Source: an uncultured Chloroflexia bacterium
GTDB taxonomy: Bacteria; Chloroflexota; Anaerolineae; Anaerolineales; Anaerolineaceae
Assembly (NCBI GenBank): GCA_963704755.1
Contig: OY969938.1
Location: forward strand, 3,270,001 to 3,302,000
Reading direction: 5' to 3'
DNA: 32,000 nucleotides
Under the pieces are notes generated by a model that was not told where the DNA came from, searched no databases, and was given only the letters and a program-made list of their open reading frames with translations. Shown piece after piece: positions 1-8,929 of this stretch (positions are counted from its first letter, which is position 1; every line of letters starts with the position of its first letter). The translations under genes and the position numbers were made by a program.

Positions 1-69
1 ATATCCAAGGTCTGATACAGCCTGCACCAACTGCGGGTGCAGGTCTAATTGGGTGAAATCCGAAATCAT
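1..69 (-). CDS. DEAD/DEAH-box RNA helicase, first 23 codons only (gene runs off the window start)
   Basis: A minus-strand ATG at 67-69 is preceded by GGAG (ttgaggagttttaATG). The translation MISDFTQLDLHPQLVQAVSDLGY resembles the N-terminal segment leading into the Q-motif of DEAD-box helicases (F..L.L...L..A....GY). It is too short to appear in the ORF track. Confidence 0.5.
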   Translation of the reverse strand, partial: MISDFTQLDLHPQLVQAVSDLGY

Positions 70-220
70 TAAAACTCCTCAAACAAAATAAATGTAGCGC
101 CTATCCCTGCCATTTAAGGTTGTGGATAGACAGGATGGGCGTTTTGATGATTTCAGAAGAACCCAGGAAGGCCGCTTGACGGGAACCTGTCATTCCTCGC
201 GGAACGGCAGGGGAGAGCCA

Positions 221-250
221 ATAAAAAAGCCCGACACAAAATCGTCGGGC
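221..250 (-). terminator. Rho-independent terminator candidate downstream of the 1514-aa gene
   Basis: A 7-bp stem gcccgac (229-235) / gtcgggc (244-250) is preceded on the plus strand by aaaaaa. On the minus strand this gives a hairpin followed by TTTTTTAT. It lies about 180 nt downstream of the stop at 431. Confidence 0.45.
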
Positions 251-430
251 AATCATCCGAAAGCACCAAAACAATTTCCTGACACGAAGGCCCGGTAGAG
301 CCAAACGAGTTAGTATATCATACTTTTGCGCAGATGATTTTTAATGAATCGGGCTCAATTGGAATCGCCGGGGTGAGGGCCCATATACCCAATTTCTAAC
401 AGGGCAGGGTGTTGAAAAACACCCTCTAAT

Positions 431-3400
431 CTATCGGTTCGGCATGACCACCAAGGGAAGGAACACTTTTATGGGGTCACGAATGCCGGTGAAGTTTACG
501 TTTTGCAGGCCTTGATCGCTGATCGTTATTGCTTGCGTTGCCGGAGTGAACGTGTAACCTGCGAAAACTGGTGTGATGGTATATTGCCCGGCCAGCAGGC
601 CGGAAAACAGGTAATTTCCATTTGCATCACTGGTCGCCGTTATCCCGGGCGCGATGGTCAGCAGCACCCCGGCCAGGGGTGTGGCGCCATCCATTATTTT
701 CCCGCTGACGTTATAGCGGACCAGTTCCCCTGAAAAATCGACGTTTTGCAGATTCTGATTGCTGATCGTGACCGCGCGGGATTCAGGAGTGAACGTATAG
801 CCGGCTTTCAGCAGTGTGATGGTGTAATCCCCTGGAACCAGGCTGGCGAACAGGTAATTCCCATCTGCATCGCTGGTTGCGGTGACGTCCGGAGCGATGG
901 TCAGCAGTACCCCGGCCAGGGGGGTGGTTCCATTCGTTATTTTCCCACTGATGTCGTAACAGACCAGTGCCCCTGAAAAATCAACGTTTTGTAGATTTTG
1001 ATCACTGAGGGTGATCGAGCGAGATGACGGGGTGAACGTATATCCGGCTTTGGCCGGTGTGATGCTGTAGTCTCCCGGCAGCAGGCTGGAGAACAGGTAA
1101 TTCCCATTCACATCGCTGGTCGCTGTGATATCGGGCGCGATGGCCAGCGACACCCCGGCCAGGGGGGTGGTTCCATCGGTTATTTTTCCACTAACGTTGT
1201 AACGGATCATTGCGCCGCTGAAATTGATGTTTTGCAGGTTTTGATCGCTGATGGTGACCGAACGAGATAGTGGAGTGAATATAAAGCCTGTTTTTGCAGG
1301 TGTAATGCTGTAATCTCCGGGAAGCAGGCCGGAGAAATGGTAATTTCCATCCCCATCGCTGGTCGCCGTGACATCCGGCGTGATGGTCAGCAATACTCCG
1401 GCCAGGGGCGTGGTTCCATCGGTTATTTTCCCGCTGATGGAATACCGGATCAGCGCTCCTGAAAAATTGATGTTTTGCAGATTTTGCGTGCTGATGGTGA
1501 GCGACCGAGATAGCGGGGTGAACGCATAGCCGGCTTTGGCAGGAGTAAGGGTGTAATTTCCAGGAAGCAGGCCGGTGAAACAGTAGTTCCCGCTGGCGTC
1601 GGTTGTGGCCGTAATGTCCGGGGCGATGGTCAGCAACACCCCGGATAGAGGCGTGGCGCCATCCATAACCTTCCCGCTGATATCATATTTTGTTAGTTCG
1701 GCCGAAAAATCGACGGTGTCTATGTCCTGGTGGCTGACGGTTACCCCTTGAGTGGGCGGGCTGAACGTATAGCCGGTCAACTGTGGCGTGATGGTGTAGC
1801 TCCCTTGAGTGAGGTTGGAAAACAGGTAATCGCCATTCTCATCGCTGGTCGCGGTAATTTCTGGCGCAATGCTCAGGGTTACTCCAGGCAAAGGTGCGGA
1901 CCCCTCCATTATTTTTCCGCCAACTTCATGGTATTCGCTGGGCTCCCCCGAGAAGGTGATGCCTTGCAGGTCCTGGTTGGTCAGGTTTGCCGCCAGCGAA
2001 GCCTGGCTGAAATAATACTCGTTTTTAGACACGCTCAAAGTGTAGGTATCCGGAGGCAAACCGGCCAGTGTGAACACTCCGTCCGCGCCGGTGGTGACGC
2101 TTTGGCCCGTTTGGGTCGATACCACGACGCCCGCCAGCGGCGCAGCCCCGTCCATGACCTTTCCGCTGATCGTGTAATAGCAGTCTCCCTGGATATTCTG
2201 GTTTCCCATATCCCCGGTCACGTGGACGGCGTTCTGGAGGGAATTGAAGGTGCACTTGCCCTGGCTGGAAACGAAATTGTAGTCACCGGGGGTCACTTTT
2301 TGGAGGGCAAAATTACCCTGGCTGTCGCTGGTTGCCTTCCAGATGTAGTGTTCGACCTGGATCTGCCCGTTGGGGACGCCGTACCCTTTCTGGTTGACCA
2401 GCTTGCCGCTGACGGTGTAGCCCTGCTGGGGCTGGTCGAAGAAATATACTAGCACCCGCCCGCGGTTTAGATCGCCGACGTACAAAGTGCCGTAGCGGTC
2501 AAAATAGGTGGTAAAGCCCATCGAGAAATAGTCATTCAACGCTCCGGTTGGGGTCTGGTTGGTCAACGGGCTGTCGTAGATGAGCGCGAAGCGGCTGCCC
2601 AGGTAGCCGTTGTAGCCCAGATACATCTTGCCGTCCTTATCGAAGGCGGGTTCCCACGGGCCGCAGTCGGGGGTGGTGCAGGTGGCCCTGGTAAAACTTC
2701 CGCCGGTGCCATACACTCGATTGGCGGAGACGGAATAAATCACATGGTTAGGCTGGTCCGGGAAATTGGACACGTCGTATTCCAGCAAGCGGCGGTTGCC
2801 GCGGGCCTCCAGCGAATGGTCGGCCACATACAGGTTACCATCGTTGTCGATCGAGATGTGCCCGGGATAACACAGCGTACGAGCAGTGGGAGCGCTCAGC
2901 CCCTGGTTGCACTGGTTCGAAGAGATATCCGGCTGGCCGATAACCACGTCCACGGTGGGGTTGGTCAGGGGATCCCGCACCCGTAGTATGCGGCTGTTCT
3001 CCGAATCGCTGATCCACAGGTATTTGCCATCTTTGGTAGCTGCGATATCCCCTGTTTCCAGTTTGGCGCCCCACATGGTTGCATCTTCGATGCTGTTTGT
3101 ACTGTAATTGTAAAAGGATTGGACGAACGAGTTGGTCGAATCGCTATCGGTTTCTTCCTCGTCGGTGGAAGCTGTGAGGATAAAATTTGTGGTCTCTCCG
3201 CTAAGGACATTCAACGGGTTGCCGATATATTGAAATGGTTTGTCGCCGCTCGTGAGTGGCAAATTGAAAACCTCGATGTCGTCTCCCTGGGTGGCGTACA
3301 TATGAAATTGCCCGTCGGCGTCGAGTTTGTTGTAATTGGGGGAGGTGTGGGTGTTGAAATTCGGAGCGCCGACGTAACCATCCGCGGGAAGACCGTCGCT

Positions 3401-4975
3401 CAGGTCAGCCGGAGCACGGTTCCAAAACAGGATCCGGCCCATGTCAGACACGATCAACTGCCCCGATTCGGTGACGATTCCTCGCGGCGAGATCATGGCG
3501 TTTGGCGAAGTATGGTTGAATTCGTGCATGGTATATGGCTTGAATATCTGATGGTCGGCTGAGTGAGCTTTGCCCACCGTGGGAGTAGGAAAAGGCGCCG
3601 GGAACCGCCAGACATCCTGCCAGCTATTCATTGTGTAAACAAACAAGTTGCCGTCGGAGTCGATGCCCAACGAGCCCATTGAGTCACACATGTTCCACGA
3701 ATCAATGCTGGTTTTTGTGCCTGGAAAATAGAAGCGTGGACCGTCCCCGGTGTAACTGCCACCACACTTCTTGGTGTAGTTGGGCACATCTTTGAAGAGG
3801 ACCCGGTCGACCACGCCTTCCGGGTTGAAGCGCAGCAGTTGGAAGTTGCTGCGGTCGTTAACCCAGATATTGCCATCCAGGTCAAACTCGATGCCGACCG
3901 GTTCGTGCAAATCCAGGTCCTCGCCTAGCTGGCGGGTAGCACTCATGCCTGAGGCCAGCGGTGGATCGAAGATGAGGATGCGGCCATTGAGTGAGTCCGC
4001 TACATATACGCTGCCGGCTGAATCGACTCGGACCGCAGCCGGTGCCCACATATGATCGAGGGTTGAACCACGTTGCCCCGAAGTAAAGTTTGGCTGCCCG
4101 AGGACAAGATCGGCGTCGTGGCCGGCACGCCCGGTGGCGGGGTCATAGGTAAAACGCAAAACGCGGTTATTCTGGTTGTCGGTAATCCACAAATTGTTCT
4201 CTGCATCGAGTCCCACACCACCCACAAAACCTTCATTATAAATACTGCGCAGACACAGGCTGCTTTGGTCCGAATGGGATAACCCCCGGCCTTCGTTACA
4301 CGCGTTTCCGCTAAAGTCCTCCTGGCCCCACACATCGTCGGCAATCGTATCGGTTGTAAAGGGGCTGTAATAAAGTAAAACACGGTTGTTATCCCAGTCC
4401 GGCACGTACAGGTTGCCCGCGGAATCCAGGGCCATATTGGCGCCTGAGCCGCCTTCCAGCGGGCTGACCTGCTGTTCCCATAGACCGCACAGGGTGCTGG
4501 CGCTGGCCGGGGCGCGGTTGGGATAATCCTGGAAGTTGCTGTCACCATTACACCCGGAACTGCTGAAATCCGGCTGGCCGATGACCAGGTCGGCGCCGCG
4601 CCCATCCTGGATGGCGCAGGCCGATGCGGGGCAATCCGAGTCGGCCGTACATTCGGCGCCCTGGTTGGTCCCGGCGCTGCAAACTCCCAGATGGTCCATG
4701 CCTAAAACGCGGCTGTTAGCGCCGTCATAGACGTACAGGCGGTTGGGGCTCACGCTGCGGTCCACAATCACGCCGCCGCCGTTGAAGACCCGCGCCGCGG
4801 TCACTTCGTTGGGAGCCAGCCCGGTGAAGTCCGGTTTGCCCAGGACCACATCCGCCCAGCCGTCACCGATTACCCCGCGCGGCGGGCCGGACGTGTCCGC
4901 GCTGGTAGGCCGGGTAATGGCGAGAATGACAAGAAAGACCGGAATCGCTGCAACGATGAGCAGGCGCTTTATCAT
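431..4975 (-). CDS. giant secreted protein with NHL-type beta-propeller repeats and eight C-terminal CarboxypepD_reg-like modules
   Basis: This is a 1514-aa ORF with an N-terminal signal peptide (MIKRLLIVAAIPVFLVILAITRPTSA). NHL-like blade motifs recur through residues ~30-850 (NNRVLLYY, NNRVLRF, NGRILIF, SRILRV, RGRVLVY). Eight ~81-aa modules follow, of the form SGK[IV]xDGxxPLxGVxLxIxPD..T.DxxGNY.F..L.PGxY...P. A G-rich RBS (aggggga) lies upstream of the ATG at 4975. Confidence 0.85.
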   Translation of the reverse strand: MIKRLLIVAAIPVFLVILAITRPTSADTSGPPRGVIGDGWADVVLGKPDFTGLAPNEVTAARVFNGGGVIVDRSVSPNRLYVYDGANSRVLGMDHLGVCSAGTNQGAECTADSDCPASACAIQDGRGADLVIGQPDFSSSGCNGDSNFQDYPNRAPASASTLCGLWEQQVSPLEGGSGANMALDSAGNLYVPDWDNNRVLLYYSPFTTDTIADDVWGQEDFSGNACNEGRGLSHSDQSSLCLRSIYNEGFVGGVGLDAENNLWITDNQNNRVLRFTYDPATGRAGHDADLVLGQPNFTSGQRGSTLDHMWAPAAVRVDSAGSVYVADSLNGRILIFDPPLASGMSATRQLGEDLDLHEPVGIEFDLDGNIWVNDRSNFQLLRFNPEGVVDRVLFKDVPNYTKKCGGSYTGDGPRFYFPGTKTSIDSWNMCDSMGSLGIDSDGNLFVYTMNSWQDVWRFPAPFPTPTVGKAHSADHQIFKPYTMHEFNHTSPNAMISPRGIVTESGQLIVSDMGRILFWNRAPADLSDGLPADGYVGAPNFNTHTSPNYNKLDADGQFHMYATQGDDIEVFNLPLTSGDKPFQYIGNPLNVLSGETTNFILTASTDEEETDSDSTNSFVQSFYNYSTNSIEDATMWGAKLETGDIAATKDGKYLWISDSENSRILRVRDPLTNPTVDVVIGQPDISSNQCNQGLSAPTARTLCYPGHISIDNDGNLYVADHSLEARGNRRLLEYDVSNFPDQPNHVIYSVSANRVYGTGGSFTRATCTTPDCGPWEPAFDKDGKMYLGYNGYLGSRFALIYDSPLTNQTPTGALNDYFSMGFTTYFDRYGTLYVGDLNRGRVLVYFFDQPQQGYTVSGKLVNQKGYGVPNGQIQVEHYIWKATSDSQGNFALQKVTPGDYNFVSSQGKCTFNSLQNAVHVTGDMGNQNIQGDCYYTISGKVMDGAAPLAGVVVSTQTGQSVTTGADGVFTLAGLPPDTYTLSVSKNEYYFSQASLAANLTNQDLQGITFSGEPSEYHEVGGKIMEGSAPLPGVTLSIAPEITATSDENGDYLFSNLTQGSYTITPQLTGYTFSPPTQGVTVSHQDIDTVDFSAELTKYDISGKVMDGATPLSGVLLTIAPDITATTDASGNYCFTGLLPGNYTLTPAKAGYAFTPLSRSLTISTQNLQNINFSGALIRYSISGKITDGTTPLAGVLLTITPDVTATSDGDGNYHFSGLLPGDYSITPAKTGFIFTPLSRSVTISDQNLQNINFSGAMIRYNVSGKITDGTTPLAGVSLAIAPDITATSDVNGNYLFSSLLPGDYSITPAKAGYTFTPSSRSITLSDQNLQNVDFSGALVCYDISGKITNGTTPLAGVLLTIAPDVTATSDADGNYLFASLVPGDYTITLLKAGYTFTPESRAVTISNQNLQNVDFSGELVRYNVSGKIMDGATPLAGVLLTIAPGITATSDANGNYLFSGLLAGQYTITPVFAGYTFTPATQAITISDQGLQNVNFTGIRDPIKVFLPLVVMPNR
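498..1955. repeat. intragenic tandem repeat, six copies of a 243-bp unit
   Basis: The motif a[ct]gttttg[ct]ag..t[ct]tga.. recurs at 498, 741, 984, 1227 and 1470, with a diverged copy at 1713. The period is exactly 243 bp (81 codons). More diverged units continue to about 2420. Confidence 0.85.
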
Positions 4976-5086
4976 TTAATTTCCCCCTGTGATGCAGGCT
5001 GATGATTGCGCGAGAAATATGAAATTCGTTTATATTTGGAAAGTTAAATCAAGCGAATTAATTAACGTCCGTTCGGGATAAGGGTT

Positions 5087-5143
5087 TTTGAGTGTGTTTT
5101 TATTCGTGGCGGTGCAACCGCCACGAATAAAAACACACTCAAA
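5087..5143. repeat. long palindromic element P1 with a GCA triloop centre, nested in a ~125-bp imperfect palindrome
   Basis: The sequence is tttgagtgtgtttttattcgtggcggt-gca-accgccacgaataaaaacacactcaaa, with perfect 27-nt arms. Outer inverted repeats are tcgggataa (5073-5081) / ttatcccga (5159-5167) and aattaacgt / acgttaatt. Confidence 0.8.
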
Positions 5144-5281
5144 TTACTTCTCTTTTCTTTTATCCCGAATTCACGTTAATTATACGGTTGCTCGACGGGA
5201 TGTATTTATCATAATTTTCTTTGAAATTTATGCGGTTCAGGCCCACGTTAAGAAAACCCCGAAATTCAATAGGGTTTATTT

Positions 5282-5369
5282 GTAGGGCGGAGCCATAACG
5301 GCACGTTTTCAAAATAGTTTCTCCTCTTCTCTTTCTTTTCTCTGTGAACTCTGTATGCTCTATGGTTTT
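5282..5369 (+). repeat. truncated copy of the modular intergenic repeat (partial B arm plus A heptamer module)
   Basis: gtagggcggagccataacggcacgtt matches the left arm of the B hairpin seen at 16961, 17341, 20578 and other sites. It is followed by tttctcctcttctctttcttttctctgtgaactctgtatgctctatggtttt, which matches the A module. Confidence 0.7.
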
Positions 5370-5461
5370 CTTTTTTGACAATTTGCAAGTAGCTTTTTGG
5401 TTTTTTCCTTCTTGAGGATAATTCAATTCCCTATCAATAAAAATATTCTAATATTGATGTA

Positions 5462-5491
5462 TTGACATTAGTGTGTGATATACAGTATAAT
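5462..5491 (+). promoter_or_regulatory. sigma70-type promoter of the padR operon
   Basis: TTGACA (5462-5467), an 18-nt spacer and TATAAT (5486-5491) lie ~20 nt upstream of the ATG at 5512. The palindromic ATGTattgACAT overlaps the -35 box and could be a PadR operator. Confidence 0.5.
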
Positions 5492-5511
5492 ATTGTCCAG
5501 AGGTAAACCTT

Positions 5512-5868
5512 ATGCCTGAAGCTAATGAAACTTTAGAGGGATTAACCCAGGAGCTGCGGCGCGGAACGATCATCCTGGCGGTGCTGAGCCTGTTGTTCGA
5601 GCCGCAGTACGGCTACTCGCTGGTCTCCGTGCTGGAGGAAAAAGGTGTCGAGATCGACCCGGGTACGCTCTACCCGCTGCTGCGCCGCCTGGAAAAGCAG
5701 GAACTGCTGGAAAGCCAGTGGGATACCAACGAAACGCGGCCGCGCAAGTACTACATCTTGAGCCCGGCCGGAAAAGAAACGTACCGGCTGCTGTGCACCG
5801 AATGGAAACGGATCGAGAACAGCCTGGACGATTTGATCGGAGGAAACGATGGAAATGGATCTAATTGA
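5512..5868 (+). CDS. padR: PadR family transcriptional regulator
   Basis: This 118-aa product carries the typical PadR winged-helix signature (GYSL...L......I..GTLYPLLRRLEKQELLESQW.....RPRKYYILSPAGKE). Confidence 0.9.
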   Translation: MPEANETLEGLTQELRRGTIILAVLSLLFEPQYGYSLVSVLEEKGVEIDPGTLYPLLRRLEKQELLESQWDTNETRPRKYYILSPAGKETYRLLCTEWKRIENSLDDLIGGNDGNGSN

Positions 5869-6889
5869 TCGCTACACCTACGCGGTGACCCAAAACCTGC
5901 CGGAAAAGCAACGCGCAGATATCGAGAAAGAGCTTAAAAGCCTGATCGAGGATATGTTGGAAGACCGCCTTCAGGGCCGCGAGGCAACCCGTAAGGATGT
6001 GGAAGCGGTACTGATCGAGCTGGGCGCGCCGTCCAGGCTGGCTGATAAATACCGCGGGTCGAAGCGCTTCCTGATCGGGCCGGACATCTTCCCAACCTAT
6101 TTATCCATTCTCAAAATTGTGTTCGCGGCCCTTGGCATCGCCATGTTGGTGCTGTTCGTGGTCCAGACCGTGCAAACGCCACCGCAGGCGCTGGATCATT
6201 TCATCGGTGCGCTGGGGACGCTCTTCTCCGCTTACATCCAGACCTTCGCCTGGGTTACGGTCATCTTCGCGATTTTTGAGTACACCGGGGCGATGAAAGG
6301 CAAAATCGACGAGGTGGATGACTGGAAGCCCTCCGATCTGCCACCCCTGCCGGATGCTGAACGCAGGATCGGCCGGGCCGACCCGATCGCCGGCATCGTC
6401 TTCACCATCCTGTTTGTTGCTCTGGTCAGCTACGCGCTCAATCTGTTCGGTGTGTGGACTTCGGTAGGTGGCCAGCCCTTGACGGTCATCCCGGTCTTCA
6501 ATGAAGAAGTGTTCCGCAGCTTCCTGCCCTTCATCTGGGCCACTGCAGCGATCAGTATCTTCACCGAATCGTTGAAATTGATCATTGGAAAATGGACCCT
6601 GCCGTTGATGGCCCTGGATTTCTTTTCGCACGTGGCCGGTTTTGCAGTGGCAATATGGATGTTCGCCGATCGGGCGATCTGGAATCCCGGCTTTATGCAG
6701 CAGATCAGTCAGGCCCGGCTGGCCCCGGCCGGAAGTGAAGCCTACAACGGCCTCAACACCATCTGGCAAACGACCACGCATAATTTTGTCCTCTTCGTCG
6801 TGCTGGTCCTCGGGATCCACGTGATTTCTACGGGAGTCAAATTTATCCGGCTGTGGATCAGTCACCGCGGGGTGGCAGCCGTCGCTTGA
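5849..6889 (+). CDS. PadR-associated integral membrane protein (DUF1700/HAAS-like N-terminus with multiple TM helices)
   Basis: The start overlaps the padR stop by 20 nt, with a GGAGGA RBS. The N-terminal soluble segment IDRYTYAVTQNLPEKQRADIEKELKSLIEDML is typical of partners encoded next to PadR genes. About six hydrophobic helices follow. Confidence 0.7.
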   Translation: MEMDLIDRYTYAVTQNLPEKQRADIEKELKSLIEDMLEDRLQGREATRKDVEAVLIELGAPSRLADKYRGSKRFLIGPDIFPTYLSILKIVFAALGIAMLVLFVVQTVQTPPQALDHFIGALGTLFSAYIQTFAWVTVIFAIFEYTGAMKGKIDEVDDWKPSDLPPLPDAERRIGRADPIAGIVFTILFVALVSYALNLFGVWTSVGGQPLTVIPVFNEEVFRSFLPFIWATAAISIFTESLKLIIGKWTLPLMALDFFSHVAGFAVAIWMFADRAIWNPGFMQQISQARLAPAGSEAYNGLNTIWQTTTHNFVLFVVLVLGIHVISTGVKFIRLWISHRGVAAVA

Positions 6890-6968
6890 GCGAAATAAAA
6901 CGGGGATTAAGCTCTTCCCTCCAAATCGGTTTTTGATTTGGAGGGAAGCAGAAAAATGGGGCAAGGCG

Positions 6969-7010
6969 CCGGTTTAGCCAGTCGATAGGCTGGCCAAACC
7001 GGCACTTTTT
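6969..7010 (+). terminator. Rho-independent terminator candidate for the padR operon
   Basis: The stem ccggtttagccag (6969-6981) / ctggccaaaccgg (6990-7002) has one mismatch and is followed by cacTTTTT. A second perfect 13-bp hairpin (6914-6926 / 6936-6948) lies just upstream. Confidence 0.5.
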
Positions 7011-7086
7011 GCCACTTCCTGGCGCCGGCATATTTTAACTTGCACGGCCTAAGCCATCACTTTTCTAAGCCACGCCTCCACCAGGG

Positions 7087-7148
7087 GCTAGCCGCTAACA
7101 GCTAAATGCTAAAAGCTACCAGCTAACCGCTAAAAGCTACCAGCTAAC
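7087..7148. repeat. three tandem 21-bp AGCTAA-rich units
   Basis: gctaaaagctaccagctaac occurs at 7108-7127 and 7129-7148. A diverged unit gctagccgctaacagctaaat precedes them at 7087-7107. Confidence 0.6.
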
Positions 7149-7345
7149 AACCCATGCCTCATCAACCATTTTCTACTCTCGATTCTCTTTTTCCCCAACT
7201 AGCCCCTGCACAACTGACCGCCGGGATATATAATTAACTCAGGACTCAGCTCCTAAATTCCCTTATCCATACAATTCAATCACAAAACAGGTCCGGTTTT
7301 TTTGGGGGAGGTGGGTTATGGCCCGATTTCGGATTGTTTTAAGCC

Positions 7346-7579
7346 TTGCCCTGGCGGCTGTATTTACTCCTGGCTGCTGCGACCGTCGTGGCCGGCTACC
7401 TCCGCGCTATCCGCATGGCCCGGGTCCGGTTGGATTGCCTGGGCAGCCGGGGGATCGCGACTTCCTGCGGCCCGGTCGATTATGCCTGCGTGGCGGCTGG
7501 CTGCCCGCTGCCGGGCAAGCTGCGCGGCTTTGTGCGCCTCTTCGGCCCCCATTTCACCTGGATCGCGCTCCTCTCCTGA
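7346..7579 (+). CDS. hypothetical small membrane / Cys-containing protein (start and frame uncertain)
   Basis: This frame has strongly GC-biased third codon positions. It encodes a TM-like segment (WRLYLLLAAATVVAGYL) followed by four Cys residues. The only good RBS (GGAGG) serves the ATG at 7318, which is in a different frame. Confidence 0.3.
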   Translation: MPWRLYLLLAAATVVAGYLRAIRMARVRLDCLGSRGIATSCGPVDYACVAAGCPLPGKLRGFVRLFGPHFTWIALLS

Positions 7580-7648
7580 AAGGAGCCCTTTTTTGGAGAA
7601 GTCGCCAATCATTCTCTGAATAATTCGGATTTGATAAGGAAAAGGATC

Positions 7649-8170
7649 ATGACAACTATTTTTCAAAAGCAGCACGGGATGAATATCATTGGCCAGGGCG
7701 GCAAAATCATCCTGTTTATGCTGCCGTCCTTGATCGCCGCTATCCTGGTTCAGGTATATTTGCCGCAAGTCGCCGCGCTGCCCGGCTTCCTGGCTTTTCT
7801 GCAACCGCTGGGTTATGTCTTGCTCCTGCTCGGGTTGGCCTTGTGGGGAACGGCCATGGTCCAGTTGCTGACCGGCTTTCCCCAGGGCAAACTGATCACC
7901 ACCGGCGCGTACGGCATCGTGCGCAACCCGATCTATTCCAGCGTGACGTTTTTCATCCTGCCCGGCACTACCCTGTTGACGTTGACCTGGGTCTACCTGG
8001 TAGCTTCGGTTTTCCTCTACGCCGGGGTAATGATCTTCATCCGCGCAGAGGAAAAGCAGCTTCGGGAGGTGTTTGGCAAAGAATACAAAGCTTACCTGGC
8101 CCGGGTAGACCGGCTGATCCCGCTAAAAAAGCCCTCCGCCCGATCCACACCCTTAAAAAGCACACTTTGA
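7649..8170 (+). CDS. isoprenylcysteine carboxyl methyltransferase (ICMT) / phospholipid methyltransferase family membrane protein
   Basis: The product is polytopic and hydrophobic. It carries the family motif TTGAYGIVRNPIYSSVTFFILPG and the C-terminal motif EEKQLREVFGKEYKAYLARV. I prefer the ATG at 7649, which is preceded by aaggaaaagga, over the TTG at 7631. Confidence 0.8.
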   Translation: MTTIFQKQHGMNIIGQGGKIILFMLPSLIAAILVQVYLPQVAALPGFLAFLQPLGYVLLLLGLALWGTAMVQLLTGFPQGKLITTGAYGIVRNPIYSSVTFFILPGTTLLTLTWVYLVASVFLYAGVMIFIRAEEKQLREVFGKEYKAYLARVDRLIPLKKPSARSTPLKSTL

Positions 8171-8176
8171 ATGGAT

Positions 8177-8929
8177 CTACGCCGCCATTTTCTCCCGGGA
8201 CATAATGACCATGCGCACACCCAGGGGGAAGATTTTTTCCGCAAATCCGCTATCGACCGCTTGCAGGACGGGATCCAGGTTTTCGACCACCGACCCGCCT
8301 AACAGATCGATGCCGTAATCGAAAAGCACCGGGCTGAGTAAGGTGCTGGGTCCCAGCATGATCACGTACGCCTGGGGGGAACAAAGCTTCAACAGTCCTT
8401 CCAGGGTGCCGTTGATCAGGGTCATGCCGGTGATGGCGACCACGTCGGCCTGCGGGATCACTTCGGGCGCCGCATCGGCAGGGTAGTCCCCGGGCTGGGG
8501 ATTCAATTCGAGCACATCCAATCGGCCGACCTGTTGGCGCAGGACCGGGACGGCGGGGAAATGCCCGATCATGGCTACCCGTTTGCCGGCGCCGCGCTGG
8601 ACGATGACCTGCTCGGCATTACGATCCACCCAACATTCCGGCCGGCGGGGCATCAATGCATTCATGGTCGCTACGCCCACGCTGGCGAGCAGCAAATCGG
8701 GTTGGGCGGCCATACTGCATAGTGCGCGAGCAGGGCGGGCCTGTAAGGTCCCGGCCAATCCGGCCGGCACTTGCCGGGCGGGTATCTCGAATCGAGCCGG
8801 GTTGGATGCCATCCCGCAGCTTAAGTGACCGTCCACCTGGGCCACAACTGCGTTCCAATGTTCCCCCAAATGAATATCTCTAATCGTCCCCTCGGGCAGG
8901 TTATCGATCACTTCTTGCAAGATTGTCAT
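8177..8929 (-). CDS. DUF364/DUF4213 (putative heavy-metal chelation, Rossmann-like) domain protein
   Basis: The translation from MTILQEVIDNLPEG...HLGEHWNAVV...VAMIGHFP...DVVAITGMTLINGTLEGLL resembles the DUF364 family. The upstream part of the ORF (to 9112) starts at a TTG inside a TATAAT box and looks like 5' leader. Confidence 0.7.
   Translation of the reverse strand: MTILQEVIDNLPEGTIRDIHLGEHWNAVVAQVDGHLSCGMASNPARFEIPARQVPAGLAGTLQARPARALCSMAAQPDLLLASVGVATMNALMPRRPECWVDRNAEQVIVQRGAGKRVAMIGHFPAVPVLRQQVGRLDVLELNPQPGDYPADAAPEVIPQADVVAITGMTLINGTLEGLLKLCSPQAYVIMLGPSTLLSPVLFDYGIDLLGGSVVENLDPVLQAVDSGFAEKIFPLGVRMVIMSREKMAA

Noticed and set aside
101-304. A 67-aa minus-strand ORF between the helicase start and the giant gene.
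   Set aside because: It spans a terminator hairpin, has no RBS and gives an implausible Arg/Cys/Phe-rich sequence.
406-426. The hairpin agggtgtt-gaaa-aacaccct just after the giant gene's stop, considered as its terminator.
   Set aside because: No T-run follows it on the minus strand. The hairpin at 229-250, which has a T-run, is a better candidate. I kept this one only as a possible structural element.
503-2452. Plus-strand ORFs 503..733, 746..976 and 1730..2452, antisense to the 1514-aa gene.
   Set aside because: They recur with the same 243-bp period as the coding repeats on the minus strand. They are shadow frames of a GC-rich repetitive gene and have no RBS or family motifs.
6101-6964. 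A 287-aa minus-strand ORF overlapping the PadR-associated membrane protein gene.
   Set aside because: The translation is Arg/Gly/Asp/Pro-rich and low-complexity, typical of an antisense frame in GC-rich DNA. The plus-strand gene has operon coupling to padR, a good RBS and clear TM helices.
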